A DNA stretch of 64,000 nucleotides from NCBI RefSeq assembly GCF_001194135.2, contig NC_068981.1:47428886-47492885 (forward strand), read 5' to 3'. The notes below the pieces were generated by a model. That model did not search any database and had not been told where the DNA came from. It worked only from the letters and a program-made list of their open reading frames with translations. Shown here one piece after another: positions 1 to 12,424 of the stretch. How positions within the stretch are numbered: position 1 is the stretch's first letter; each line of letters starts with the position of its first letter. Both the position numbers and the translations under genes were made by a program. The DNA comes from Octopus bimaculoides. Lineage: Eukaryota.

Positions 1-860
1 GTACCCATACCTACAACCCCACACAAACTCCCGCACGCACATCCACATACACCCATATATACGCACCCCCCTCCACACACGCACACACACTCACCGGCAC
101 AAACGAACCCACATATACACACACACAAATGAACCCGCACATAACTCCTACACATACACAACACGCACTCACACACACACATCCAAGTATACATACATAC
201 GCATACGCACACACATCACACGGACATACACACGCACACACACAATGCACATACACACACATGTAGAAACGAACTCACTTACACACACATGCAAATGAAC
301 CTACACACAACTCCTACACACACATTCACACACACACACACTCACACACACACACACAGGTGCACATACATGTACACACACGCAAATGAACCCACACATA
401 ACCCACATACACACACAATAAACAGTGACACATACACGAACACATACTACGCATATACACGCACACATGCACACACACACACACGAAATAAACCACGTGC
501 GATCCACAAAGTAAAACCACACGCATATACACACACACGTACACACACACATATATACACATACATACACGTACACAAAAAATACAGGCACACACTGCTG
601 GGAAACTACACCCACACAATACAAACACACACTCACACACATACTCAAATACTGCCTGCTTATCCTCCCCTGATCATTGTCCACAACCACTCCCAAACTA
701 TTCCTGCTACTAATTCCTTCCACTACGTCACACACACACACAAACAAACACACATACACACTAACAGATACACAACCAAACCACGCACACACACACACAC
801 ACACATACATACGCACAAACACGTTCTGTTATTACACACACATTTGCAGACCCTCGCGCA
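1..860. repeat. Degenerate (CA)n-rich low-complexity tract
   Basis: Interrupted ACAC runs throughout. The His/Thr and Cys/Val ORFs 11-901 are translations of this repeat. Confidence 0.95.
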
Positions 861-869
861 CGCACACAT

Positions 870-1130
870 ATTCACCTCCCTTTTTCACTCTCCTATCTTA
901 GAAAGAACTTTTCCTCCACCATTTCCTCTTCCGGTCCTTCCACAATGTAACCTCGTGGAAATCGATGTTGATGTTTTCTTTCTCCGTTTTTCCCTTCTTC
1001 GAACATTCCTTGTGTCCGACGAAGGGCTCCGCCCGAAACGTCATGCTCTCTCTCCTTCCTTTCCCGAGCGTCTAATAACACTATCCGTATCACGTCCTCA
1101 CGTTGTTGTCTTTTTTCTTTTCTTTCCATT
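870..1130 (+). mobile_element. Penelope-like pLTR-type repeat fragment carrying a hammerhead-like motif
   Basis: Pyrimidine-rich repeat containing ccgacga-a-gggc-tcc-gccc-gaaa-cgtc. The downstream 'cttcctttcccgagcgtctaataacac' resembles 'ctactcttcctgagcttcaaactaccac' after a similar motif at 32839. Confidence 0.45.
1012..1046 (+). ncRNA. Minimal type-I hammerhead ribozyme-like motif (U4C variant)
   Basis: Core CCGACGA 1016-1022, extra A, helix II GGGC/GCCC, GAAA 1035-1038, palindromic helix III ACGT, GUC triplet ending 1042, weak helix I GTGT/ATGC. Confidence 0.55.
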
Positions 1131-1512
1131 TAGTTGTTTTAGTCATTTGACTGCAGCCATGCCTTCAGTTGTGCAAATGGACCCCATGCCCAGGACTAAA
1201 TCTTTGTAAGCCTCGTACGTATTTTATCGTTCTGTCTTGCCGAACCGCTAGATTACGGGGACGTAAACACACCAGCATTGGTTGTCAAGCGATGTTAGTT
1301 GGGGGGAGCAACACAAACACAAATATATACACGCACTCCCCCCCCATACATATGTATATATACGACGGGCGTCTTTCAGTTTCCGCCTAACAGATCCACT
1401 CACAAGACTCTGGTCAGCCGGAGGCTATAGTAGAACAGACTTGCCCAAGTTCCCACGCAGCGGTACTGCATCCGCAACCATGTGACTGGTAAGAAAGCTA
1501 CTTACCACACAG
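1131..1512 (-). mobile_element. tRNA-like SINE, family B
   Basis: Reverse complement matches the copy at 61828-62220 in head, body and the tail 'ggctgcagtcaaatgactaaaacaa'. Confidence 0.85.
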
Positions 1513-1699
1513 TAGTCCACAAGTAGTCCACGTTAGCTACCGGAAAATTGGTTGCTGTGACCAAGATGGGTTACAGAGAGTTTCAAAGCAATATATCAAT
1601 AGTTAAGCGAGATCAGTTACATTTGAAATGTAAATTTCCTTGACCGCGTGTTCGGGCAGAATGCTGGTGTTGCCTAAGTGTGTGGATGTGGCAGACATA

Positions 1700-2420
1700 A
1701 AGGGCGTTATTGGATGCATGGATAGCGTATGTGCATATATGTATGTGTACGGGCTTGCGTTAGTGCTTGCTACCTATGTGTGCACACGCGAGCGCAATTT
1801 CTGCGCAAATATGGTTGCATATGCGTATGTGCACTCTTGCATTTGTGTCTGAATATACGAAAGCGAATGTATATATGTGTGTATATGCGTTTGTGTCTGT
1901 TTCAAAGGGTATGTGTTGGTGCGTGTATTTGTGTATATATGCACGAATATTTACTTTCGTTGTTTATGTTTCCAGCTATGCAATTGTGTTTTTTATGTGT
2001 GCAGATGTGTAACTGAGTATACGTATGCGTGTGAATGCTTTGTGAAAGTGTGTGTGTGTGTGGGGGGGTGTTTGACTGATCTTCTGTATGACTGTAAGTG
2101 TGTATATATATGTGCTTATATATCCTTTCGGTAGTTATATGTTGCTGATGTATTTGTGAATACAGATGTGACGTGTGCTTGTGTTGTTACGTGAAAGAAT
2201 GGATGTGTGTGCGTGAGTGTGTGCGTGTGAGGTGTGTGAGCGTATACGTGTGCATGTGTGTGTATACTCGTGCGTAGGTGTAGGAGTGTGTTTATGTACA
2301 CGTTTATGAGTGTGCGTATGTAGGAATGTGCTTGGTGTCTGTTTGTCTTTGGAGGTATATGTGTATGTCGACATAGCTTCTTGTGTGTGTACGTGTGCGA
2401 TGCATAATGTTCTGTGTGTC
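1700..2420. repeat. Degenerate (TG)n-rich low-complexity tract
   Basis: Interrupted TGTG runs that translate as Cys/Val ORFs. Confidence 0.9.
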
Positions 2421-2572
2421 AGTTTTCGTAGTTATTGGTGGTCGGAGATTCGGTGCTCGGTGGTTGGAAACTCTGTCCTTGCTTGGGGAGACGACAGTGC
2501 TGGGGAGCAGCCGATCCTAAGATAATGTGTTTGAGTAGTCGGCACTCAGTGGTTTGAAGTTCACCAGGCAGT

Positions 2573-2870
2573 GGAGACGCAATGGCTCAGTGGTTAGGGC
2601 AGCAGACTCGCGGTCGGAGGATCGCCGTTTCGATTCCCAGACCGGGCGTTGTGTGTTTATTGAGCGAAACACCTACAAAGTTCCACGAGACTCCGACAGG
2701 GGGTGGTGGCGACCTTTGTTGTGCTCTTTCGTCCCAACTTTCTCTCACTCTTTCTTCCTGTTTCTTGAGTAACGCTGTGATGGACTGGCATCCGGTCCAG
2801 CTAGATGGGGGGTGACACATACGCCATAGAAACCGGGAAAATGGCTAGACTTTAAAAAGGCGCATAAATA
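2573..2870 (+). mobile_element. tRNA-derived SINE, family C
   Basis: Pol III A-box TGGCTCAGTGG 2583-2593, B-box-like GTTTCGATTCC 2627-2637, conserved 'gctgtgatggactggcatccggtccag' block. An inverted homolog lies at 11826-12118. Confidence 0.9.
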
Positions 2871-2884
2871 AATAAAATAAAATA

Positions 2885-4290
2885 AAGGCGGCGAAATATC
2901 CTATTCCGGTAGCAATAAGATATTTGATATTTCATGTTGGTAATTGCCGTATGTTGATGGATGATGTGCAGTCTTTCGCAGAGTATAGCTCTCAATTGCG
3001 CTGCGCGGTGGATAAGGTGGTATCTTGTCGATGATAGTCCATTTGAATCTCGGATTTTCATTCCGCAGGTCATTTATCCTCCAGAGGAAGCGAGATAAAG
3101 AAGTGGAATACTACCTATAGCTGCATCTGAGTGTATATTCTGCGTTTATCCCACCCCCTTGTAGTTGCTGGCTGTCATGCCTGTGTAGTCACTTATATGA
3201 TATCGGATGATGTACGGTTGGCTCTGTGAACTATAGCCTTTGAAACGAAAGATCCTCTTAACGGGTAGCTAGTAGGGCTTCGAAAGTTACAAGTTGGGGT
3301 TGAGGTTGTGCAGTTGCATATTTGCATGTTTTAGAGTGCAGTACTGGAAGCGATATTACCGAAGCAAGAATAGCTCACCTTAACTTTATTCAGTTTGAAG
3401 AGTTTGTAGAACACGTGTGTTGATATGGCAAGTGCCTAATCAAGAATAGCAAGATCCTAGCTACATTGGTGGAAACTTCTAAATTTTATGTCGGATTAAA
3501 CCAGTTTATATTTCACTCCCTGATACACTTCGGTGGAAGAAAGGCGAATTATGTGTCCTCCACTTATGTTACATTATCGGAAAATTTACTCCTAGCCAAT
3601 TAATCATCGTTGTGGGTTGGGAGGCCCTGTTAAAGATTTCTCTATCGACCGGCAGCTTGGACATTTTTCGACTAAAACATGAAACTAAGTTTCTAATTAC
3701 AGAGTGGGGTGGCTAGAACGTCATTGAATGTGTACAGTTTCCTCGTTGGGCTTCCTGTAGTGGTAGATCTTGCTCGTATTCAATTCTAGGGTAACGCCAC
3801 GGAAGTCCACCGTGGTCATATTGGGAGTAGTTGCTGTGGACGGGCCAAATTCATTGAATATATTTTATTAGATCCTTCCTAATCGTGTTAATTCCATGGC
3901 CGTTCATATAGCTAGAGAGTACCAGTCCATAATCTTTATAAATAGCCCACCTATGTGAATGCGTATGTTTCTTGATGGTATCCCACACAAATAAATCGAA
4001 GAGGTCGTCAATTTCAGGCCCGTTGTAGCTTTTTTATAGAAACATCGTAGAGTGGATCGCCTATTTTCTTCGCCTAAAAGGAATCCTCGTGAACCTTCTG
4101 TAGTTCATGATGATTCTGATATCAAGATCACTTATATAAGTGAATTTCTTAACAAAATAGAGGGCCTTCAGAAGGAGGGATTTCAATATGAAAGGATAAA
4201 AGCATACGATGAAAAACTGCGTAAAAGTGCAGTCCAAAGGTTTTCGATACTAAAGAACCAATCGATGAAAACGTTCACAAAGCTACACTA
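2885..4290 (-). mobile_element. Degenerate Penelope-like retroelement (RT + GIY-YIG endonuclease)
   Basis: Minus-strand translation across frameshifts gives QFFIVCFYP, SYNGPEID (GAE-type motif), YKDYGL, VDFRGVTL, YRKPN..SSHP, YTGMTASNYK and TSLSRFLW..FKWTIIDK, in the Penelope RT then GIY-YIG order. Confidence 0.85.
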
Positions 4291-4344
4291 GTATACATTA
4301 GACCTATATCTTGAAGTCTACATTTTCCACACCTGCTTACCTCT

Positions 4345-4485
4345 GTCACACACACACACACATAAATGAAAAAGGCATCTTTACACACATGCATACACGT
4401 AAGCATACGTGCTCACACGCACACACACACACACGCATGCGCGCGCGCGCACACACACACACACACACACTCTCTCTCTCTCAAT
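4345..4485. repeat. Compound (CA)n/(CG)n/(CT)n microsatellite
   Basis: Read directly, including a gcgcgcgcgcgc run between CA runs. Confidence 0.95.
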
Positions 4486-4825
4486 CAAACACAATTACAT
4501 GCATACAAACACTCAGTTTTGCATTTACACTTTTAAATAGGACATTTGCCACCCTAATGCACTCGGAAATAAAAATATCAAAAGTGTATATACTCATTTT
4601 CCACTGGTTGTTGTACGGTAACGCAATCCCCGAGAGAGCCGAGTAATGGTAGGAACACCAGACAGAGAGAGAGAGAGGGTAGCGGAAAATGAACACAAAA
4701 TACTCTGGTTTTAATATGCAGTTAGACCAAGTCATAGAGGCGAAAAATAAGAAGTGCTACGTTAGTTCACTGGTTATGAACAGCTGACACTGTTATACAT
4801 CTCCAGCGTTAGAAGCTATGCAAAG

Positions 4826-4855
4826 ATAATAATAACAATAATAATAATAATAATA

Positions 4856-4912
<57 letters not shown>
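4826..4912. repeat. (AAT)n microsatellite
   Basis: Read directly. Confidence 0.98.
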
Positions 4913-5395
4913 CAACCTGATGCAGTAACAGGCAATGGTTGTCATGGCTTCTCATCTTGACTGATTGGAAGTGTTATCATATACAATACATTGTTTTGTC
5001 TTGGCATAAAAGATGGGCTACAGCAAATATTCTACACAAATACCACAGATTTGCTTTTCAGTTGTTTAACTTTTACCAGTTGAGCATGTCCCTTAATGAC
5101 TGACGATATGTGCATCTCTGATCATGAGCTAAAGTATTGAGGAACACCATAGCCATGGTTGAGAAAATCATTGTTGCTGTAAATTTTATTTCCTTCCACC
5201 TACTTTATTTTATTTGTTTAATTAAATATGTTTCCATTTTTTCTATCTCTCCTATTATCTCTTTCACATAACTGTGTAAATGAACAATCTCATGTGCTTG
5301 TTTTAATGGTGTAACAATGTATACAGTAAGTTTCTCTGCCTTAGGAGTCAGTAAGTCGGACGGCAACAAATGGAAACAAAACTGAAATAAGATGC
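4913..5395 (+). mobile_element. R4-clade LINE 3' fragment (ORF end + 3' UTR) between (AAT)n tracts
   Basis: 'ATANILHKIPQI' resembles the C-terminal GTAHILRK motif of the other copies. The 3' UTR aligns with 14600-14830 and carries the 40-nt hairpin at 5331-5370. Confidence 0.65.
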
Positions 5396-5545
5396 CAATG
5401 ATAATAATAATAATAATGATAATAATAATAACAATAACAACAAAAACAATAATAATAATAACAAAAACAACAACAACACAAATAATAACAATAATAATAA
5501 CAAAAACAACAACAACAACAACAGCAATAATAATAATAATAAAAA
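5396..5545. repeat. Compound (AAT)n/(AAC)n microsatellite
   Basis: Read directly. Confidence 0.95.
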
Positions 5546-5579
5546 CCATGTGGGGATGCGATAATAAGCTTGAAGGTCT

Positions 5580-5715
5580 TTCAAGTACTGTAATAGTAAA
5601 GACGGACGAATTGACTCAAACGTCTTTGCCGGGAATTCTAACAATTCTGCCAGCTCACCGCATTTATACTAGTTTCTAATTTTGGCACAAGGCCAACAAG
5701 TTCGTGGGAGGGAGC
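5580..5715 (-). mobile_element. Fragments of SINE family A
   Basis: 'tctgccagctcaccgc' is the reverse complement of the family A head, and 'ggcacaaggcc' of its tail (compare 49208-49425). Confidence 0.6.
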
Positions 5716-8299
5716 TTATCATAAGGTATAATAAATGTATTTTAGTGTCGCTCTGATATTAGATCCATATTACGAGCTATCGGTGCCCTACACCAGAACA
5801 ACATATCTTCAAATATTAATCGCAAGAAATTTCGAATAACTTCAAGCGGTTGAAAGAAATGCTACATGATCTGCTTAAATAATTATGTGGTTAGGAGCTC
5901 GCTTTCCAACCACGTAATTTCGGGTTCAGTCATGAAAGCACGTTGTTCAGCAGTTACGGTGTTGGAATCACAATTGTAAAATGTTGGCTTCGATCCCTAC
6001 ACCTGGCGATTCCTTGTACTCTGTGCTAAATGTATTTTTACACATTGTTTCAATTAACGCAACTGTCAATATTGAGTAATTCTACGATTGGTCGGCTTCC
6101 CCTCTAGCCAGTGAATGTTTTTGAGAGGATATCTACGCCACAAATTTCAGGTAAAGTGGTCCTATGAGCCCCTGGTGCTGGATCAATACTTGATAAATTA
6201 TTATCCTCTTATGATTACGTCTGATAGACAGATTTTAATGTCATATTGACTTTAGGATATTATTATGATGTTTCGATCCAATAAAATATATATGTGGTTG
6301 CATCTATTTAGATAACGGGTGAGATCATCTTGGCTGGTAGAAATTAGTTTCCACAAATCATAGTTTTGTTATTTATTATCACAATAGAGAATATGTTGCA
6401 ACATATTCTTTTACAAATAAACATGCATTGATTACCTAGAAAGTTTTTAATATATATGTATATATATGTGTGTGTGAGGGGGGGGGGCATATTTCAGAGA
6501 CAACAATTATATTAAAAAATATTGAATTTGAGAGTATAATTCAATTTAAATAATCAATCAGAATATGTAAAATGTGTTATTCTGAAATGTTTGTCTGCAA
6601 GGTGATACTGAATAGACTTTAAGAAAATATTTTAACATCTCAAAATATTTTTGCCCATATAAATATGTCTGAATTGTGTGTAGGCACGTGTAAGTGTAGT
6701 CACGCGTGCGTGTGTGTGTTTGCGTTTGTGAATTTCACATGTATATGTACATATTGCGGTAAAATTTATTTAGAAAATGTACGGCTATTTTGTCAATTTT
6801 CACTCGGCAAGGAAATGCTTGGAGGCATTGCTCTCATATCGATGTAATCTTTCTTCCAGCACTTCTCCCATTATACCTCAACGTTGTCAAGATTTTTTTC
6901 CAATCGTTACGATTGCCTGAAATGACCAAATTTGTATTCTGTAATTAATGAAGATACAGAGGAACTAAGCCATCATATTATTGAAAATTTTGTGAAGAAG
7001 TCCAACTGATTCATTTGATAGAAAAATGCTAATTTCCGAACTACAAATTGAACAGGATTTAGATCTCTGATATATCAACAACAAAAATGGACAATACGAT
7101 CAGCCGTCGTATTTGTAGTGTTATTAATATCAGTAGTATTAATATGAGTAGTAGAAGTACCACAGCCATTGGAATGTTATTTATATTTACAACAATGACA
7201 ACAAGAAAGAAATGTAAATCTAATAATGATACGAAACATTTCAATACAAAGCAAAGTGAAACCTGAAACCAACACATTGAATTATCAACAACCAATAAAG
7301 GCAAATCATATGGAAGCTTAGATAAATCAATCATCAGCAAAATCCCAACCAGGTGCGAAAGGACGTATATTAAAACATTTTAACTTCGAATACCTTGTTA
7401 AATACAATCACAAACCATAAATCAATGTAAATTATTTCTCACAAACAGCGTCTAAGCATTGGAATAAATATTTCATTAGAAGAAGTTTTTCAACAAAGCA
7501 GCCTGCATCGAATTGCTGTACTTATATTGCATATCACCAAAATAACACAAGTGTGAGGAAGACGATGATATACGGAGTTATAAAAAGTGATGGCATTTTC
7601 AATACAAAATTACATGTGAAAGTACGGAGATCTAAAAATAACACTGAGCAATAAAAATATCTCTAAATCTCAAGTACGACAGTATAAAAAATTATGCACA
7701 TCGAAAATGAAGTCACAGAAATAATAAATGCACACATGAAATGAAGCTTACTGTAAATCAATAAGTTAAGGCAGAAAAGACGAATTAGAAAGCACATTAC
7801 CATCCACAAATCGAAATTAAAAAAGAAAGGGAAGCTATATATGAGCTTTCACACATTTTGAGATAAATACGGATTTCAATAAAGACGTAAAAATAAACTT
7901 TACTTTATATTATATGTGACATATAGAAGAATGAACAAATCTTTGGATCAAATATGCATGAACAAGTTAAATATGTCTAGAAGCAAACATTAATATCAAA
8001 AGAATAATATCACTCATTGCAAGAGACATACTAGATGTGCTAATGATAATAACATCTAGGAGTATTTAATCAACTGTAAGGGAACTGAAATAGAGGAGAC
8101 TAAACTGGAATCCATTAAACTGATTCGCTGTAAGCAGCTGAAATATTTAAATAAAAATGAGGCATTTCTAGAAAAAAATATACATAAAGGTTACACAGCC
8201 ATATTTTTAATTCTGTTTAAGTATCCAACTTCTTAGGTATAGTATAATTTAATCTACAGCGTAGCTCTGATAAGTTTGAGGCATCAGCAAAATGAAATA

Positions 8300-10600
8300 A
8301 ATTTCTATTAGTGAACAAGACCTACACCAAAAACACAAAGAAAATATTCAACACAAAATGGAATCCCACTGCTTGGTTAGTACAGATTGCATCTACATAA
8401 AAAGGAAAGCATGCTTTCAATTAAAAAATAATACCATTTAAGCTATTACACGTTGAACGCATCAGAGAAAATCAAAAGGAATCTACCTGCAACAAGAAAA
8501 AGAAATCGGAATAATTTTTTTATTGTTTTATGCACCCGTGCTCCTTCCAGGGAAATTTGGTAGTTAAATCAATAAAAGAAAATACATAAGTATAAAAGGG
8601 AACAACTGGGATCCCACCCGCATCAATAACAATTTAAATCTACTAGGAAGGCATTTGGAACGACTCCATTACGTACTCTATAAAAGTACATAGGATAAGA
8701 TATAAAATTGAAGAAATGTATAATAATAACAGTGCTGTCGTGATCCACCATCAGCAGCAAAGAATCTCCTAAAATATTAGGTAGCGAGAACAACGCTAAT
8801 GCAGATAATATTACGAAGTAAGATAATACTGATTAAATCAAAATAACTGCTTATATAACAATAACATTTAATGAAATAGTAAGTACACATCAATTAGGAG
8901 TTATCTACATTTTGGAAGGAAAATGTGTTAATATCTCAAACAACATATAACGCGCACTCTAAAATATCGTCTATAACTTAGCAATCAATCTAGAAATAAC
9001 ACATATCTATACTTTAGAAATAGATTATTAACATGCTTAATAATCCTTTCTACTATAGTCACATAGCTTGACATTTTGAGGAAATGGACTAGTCGATTAT
9101 ATCGACCCCAGTTTTCACTGGTGCTTGATTTATCGACCCCGAAATTGATGAAAGGCAAAGTCTACATCGGCGGAATTTGAACTCAGAAGACAGTGACGGG
9201 CGAAATACAGCTAAGAATTTCGTCCAAAGCGCTAACGATTTTGCCAGCTCACCGCCTTATTAACCTGGATAATAATAGCCTAATATTATGGAAAATATGT
9301 ATAGCAATAAAGGAAAGCTGCCCTGTGAAGCTAGCTTTCAAAGACGACAATAAATAGAGGCAAAAAAAAATTATTTAGGTTTGCATTCAATATCACGTAT
9401 GTGAAATTATATTTTAGCACAAACAGTATGAATTGGTTTCTTCAGAAACCGGTAAAATTTAAACGTTTTGTTTTCCAAAGATTTCCAGTTAACTTCACTC
9501 TCCATTTATTTTGCTGAATCAGAATTTAGAAAGTAGACCCATAATTGCTGTTATACTTGCTTGTTTTGGCTTATTTTTGTCAGTATATAAGAATTTGCAG
9601 CATGCTGAATGAGAAAATGAGAAAGAGAATCCGAAGGAAGATTTAGATTGAAAATGAAATATATCTATGCTACTTAATAGAATAGATAACAAAATAGAAA
9701 TAAATACACTAGATGCTACAGCTATAAACATAATAATGCAATTGTATAGTGAATTGCAGATTGTAAACATAAAAATTACGGAAAACATCTAACATTATCC
9801 CGAAAGTTCTACCCCCAGCTGGATTTGCAAGAATAATTTACCCTTTGCAGAGAAAACGTGGGATCTTGTAGAAATAGAAAGAAATAATACAACTAAAAAT
9901 ACTGAATACTACAGCAGATTATCTAGCAACAAACATATATGATTTACTCTTATAAAATTGCATAGAGAAAGACAAAAATATACTTAAAAAAATCAATGCA
10001 ATTGGTAACTTGGGACTAAACACAGTGCAGAAAATATTAGATCGAGGACAAAATATAAAATACAGAAATCAAAATGACTGAACTCAAGTAAAATTATAAA
10101 ACACATTATAGACACGATGAAAGAAACAGATATACACCGTAAACATTACATCGCAAAATATGACAGATAAACTTATAAGAGTAAACACCAACTATCATTT
10201 AAGCATTTGCAGGTCTGATTTTACCTGCACAAGAGAAATGATTAGACAATGATAATTTCAAAACAAAATGAGGAAAAACGCTGTAACTAGCCAGTGCAGT
10301 TTACACAAACATCCAATGATGGTAATGATGCCATAATTTCCGCTAACACACTGTTTCATAAATCTGAAAATGGCTTGTAGTTATATGGAACCATGAATGT
10401 TTCACAGCTTATAATGCGTATGAACTACAAATTATGTTGAGACACTAAATTATACAGCAGCATTCACACGTAATAAGGAATCGTCAGCAATACTTATCAG
10501 AAGAAACAATCGATAATGTAACAGATATGATAAAGTAAACAACCACAATTATTGTTGATTTTATATTTCATTAATGTTACATTACTTCAAGTAATACAGA
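8300..10600 (+). mobile_element. Highly decayed APE-RT LINE (RTE-like), interrupted by a SINE
   Basis: Strong A-rich strand bias. Motif remnants occur in the expected order: YAP (~8530), NLLGRHLE, NY.G..SI, GF.RNR, INIIMQLY, a degenerate YADD-like segment and GLN. Every frame is broken. Confidence 0.4.
9068..9258 (-). mobile_element. tRNA-like SINE, family A
   Basis: Reverse complement aligns along its length with 49208-49425 (aaggcggtgagctggca...ttctgagttcaaattccgcc...ggggtcgataaa). Confidence 0.9.
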
Positions 10601-10622
10601 AAAATTCCTAGAAAATATGAAT

Positions 10623-10674
<52 letters not shown>

Positions 10675-10679
10675 GCCTG

Positions 10680-10770
10680 CCAACGTATACAGTACATTTC
10701 TCTGCCCTAGGTGTTAGAAAGACACTCGGCAAGAAATGGAAACAGAATGAAAGATGTTAATGAAAATAAT
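10680..10770 (+). mobile_element. Very short 5'-truncated R4 LINE 3' end (hairpin only) between (AAT)n tracts
   Basis: Holds only the 40-nt terminal hairpin (10697-10736) seen at 5331, 14753 and 39763, flanked by (AAT)n on both sides. Confidence 0.7.
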
Positions 10771-10864
10771 GATAATAATAATATTGATAAAAGTAATAAT
10801 AATATCCATAGTAACAACACCAACAATAATATTAATGATTATAGTAAGAATAATTATAATAATA

Positions 10865-11810
10865 ATTATAGATAAATACTGAAACAGAGCTCAATGCGTA
10901 ATATAGTCTAATAGGCATCAACACACTAACCATCCCAGTTATAAGTTACAGCTACAGTACTCTAAATGCAGTAATCAAAATGGACGTGCAAACAAGAAAA
11001 GTAGTAACAGGAATTATGATGCACCACTTAAAATATGACATATATTCAACGTATCGAATGTGGTAAAGGCATTATACAGCTAGAAAACTATTACAAAATA
11101 ATCTGAATCATGGAAAACTAATACAAATAGCCACAAAACAGAACAAAACAAAAAAATGTCATACTTCTAGGAAGTTAACAATTACACACGAAAAAAAGAA
11201 AAAAAATGCCATAGTTCCAACCAACTATGAAGGTTAAAAGAAACAACAAAAGTTGTAAAACAACTAAACTCCAAAATAAAATTGGAACAGCAACGGATCG
11301 TGATAAAACGATGGCAAGAAATCATGGCAAATACTTGGTTAAGCTAAGCAGAAAAAAAAAAACAATAAAATAAGGAAAATCCAAGCAAAGGCTGAGAAGA
11401 TCAGGACTTAAAACAGAGACTGAGGGATTTTTGATTACAACAAAATATCAAAGCCTTCGCACCCGAAATCACGAAAAGCACATTGTGAAAAGAAATACAA
11501 GTAACTGCAGAATGTGTTGTGATGGAGAAGAAACAATAAATCATATTGCCCCTGGCTGCCAGTTCGGATCTATGTACACCGGAAGCTATACCAAAACTAT
11601 GGAATAACGACGGAGAAAAGGCTACAGAAAATGAGAAAGCAACCATACTCTGGGATATGCCAATGCATACAGAGAAATTAAGGTCAATACGCCGGATACA
11701 CATATCAGAGATCATATAAAAGACAATGAAAATAAAAGCACCACAACAAGCCACAGCACATACCCATGGCACACAGAGCTGCGCTCTGTAGAGCAGTGAA
11801 AGTATATTAT
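10865..11810 (+). mobile_element. R4-clade LINE 3' fragment, same subfamily as 44411-46545
   Basis: Nucleotide similarity to 45130-46530, including the 3' UTR 'ggcacacagagctgcgctc'. CCHC (tgcagaatgtg...ataaatcatatt) and LWDMPMHT remnants are present. Confidence 0.85.
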
Positions 11811-11825
11811 TTTTTTATGACCTTT

Positions 11826-12118
11826 TAACGCCTAGCCATGCTCATGGGCCCGGTTCCCCGGTTTCTTTGGCGTTTGTGTTCTCCCACAGCTGGACGGGAC
11901 GCCAGTCCATCACAGCGTCACTCAAGAAACATGAAGAAATAGTGAGAGAAAGCTGGAGCGAAAGAGTACAACAGGGGTCGACACCACCCCCTGCTGGAGC
12001 CTCGTGGTGCTTTATCTGTTTTCGCTCATTAAACAACCACAACGCCCGGTCTGGGAATCGAAACCGCAATCGTCCGATCGCTAGTCCGCTGCCCTAACCA
12101 CTGGGCCCTTGCGCATCT
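11826..12118 (-). mobile_element. tRNA-derived SINE, family C
   Basis: Inverted homolog of 2573-2870. Confidence 0.9.
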
Positions 12119-12124
12119 ACTTGC

Positions 12125-12412
12125 GCCCATTAAAGCTTAGCCAGGCTCATGGGCCCGGTTTCCCGGTTTCAATGGCGTATGCATTCTCCAGCTGGACGGG
12201 ACGCCAGTTCATCGCAGCGTTACTCATTTTTGCCAGCTGAGTGGACTGGAGCATCGTGAAATGAAGTGTTTTGCTCAAGAACACAACGCGTCACCCGGTC
12301 CAGGAATCGTAACCACTGTCTTACGATCATGACACCCTTACGATCATGACACTCTTATGATCATGACACCCTTACGATCATGACACCCTAACCACTAAGC
12401 CACGCGCATCCA
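12125..12412 (-). mobile_element. tRNA-derived SINE variant sharing the family C tail, with a different middle
   Basis: Same tail (gctggacgggacgccagt..catc.cagcgt, gggcccggtttcccggtttc). The head reads gtggcttagtggttaggg on the minus strand and includes a 4x17-bp tandem expansion. Confidence 0.85.
12320..12387. repeat. Tandem repeat, 4 x 17 bp (cttacgatcatgacacc)
   Basis: Units start at 12320, 12337, 12354 and 12371, with two single-base differences. Confidence 0.97.
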
Positions 12413-12424
12413 CAATACAGTGAA

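Noticed and set aside
11-1209. Long His/Thr- and Cys/Val-rich ORFs (up to 306 aa)
   Set aside because: They are translations of CA/TG repeats, which lack stop codons in several frames.
2573-2645. tRNA gene
   Set aside because: A- and B-boxes are present but there is no cloverleaf acceptor stem, and it continues into a dispersed SINE body.
12320-12387. CRISPR-like array
   Set aside because: The 17-bp units are contiguous with no spacers, there are no cas genes and the context is eukaryotic.
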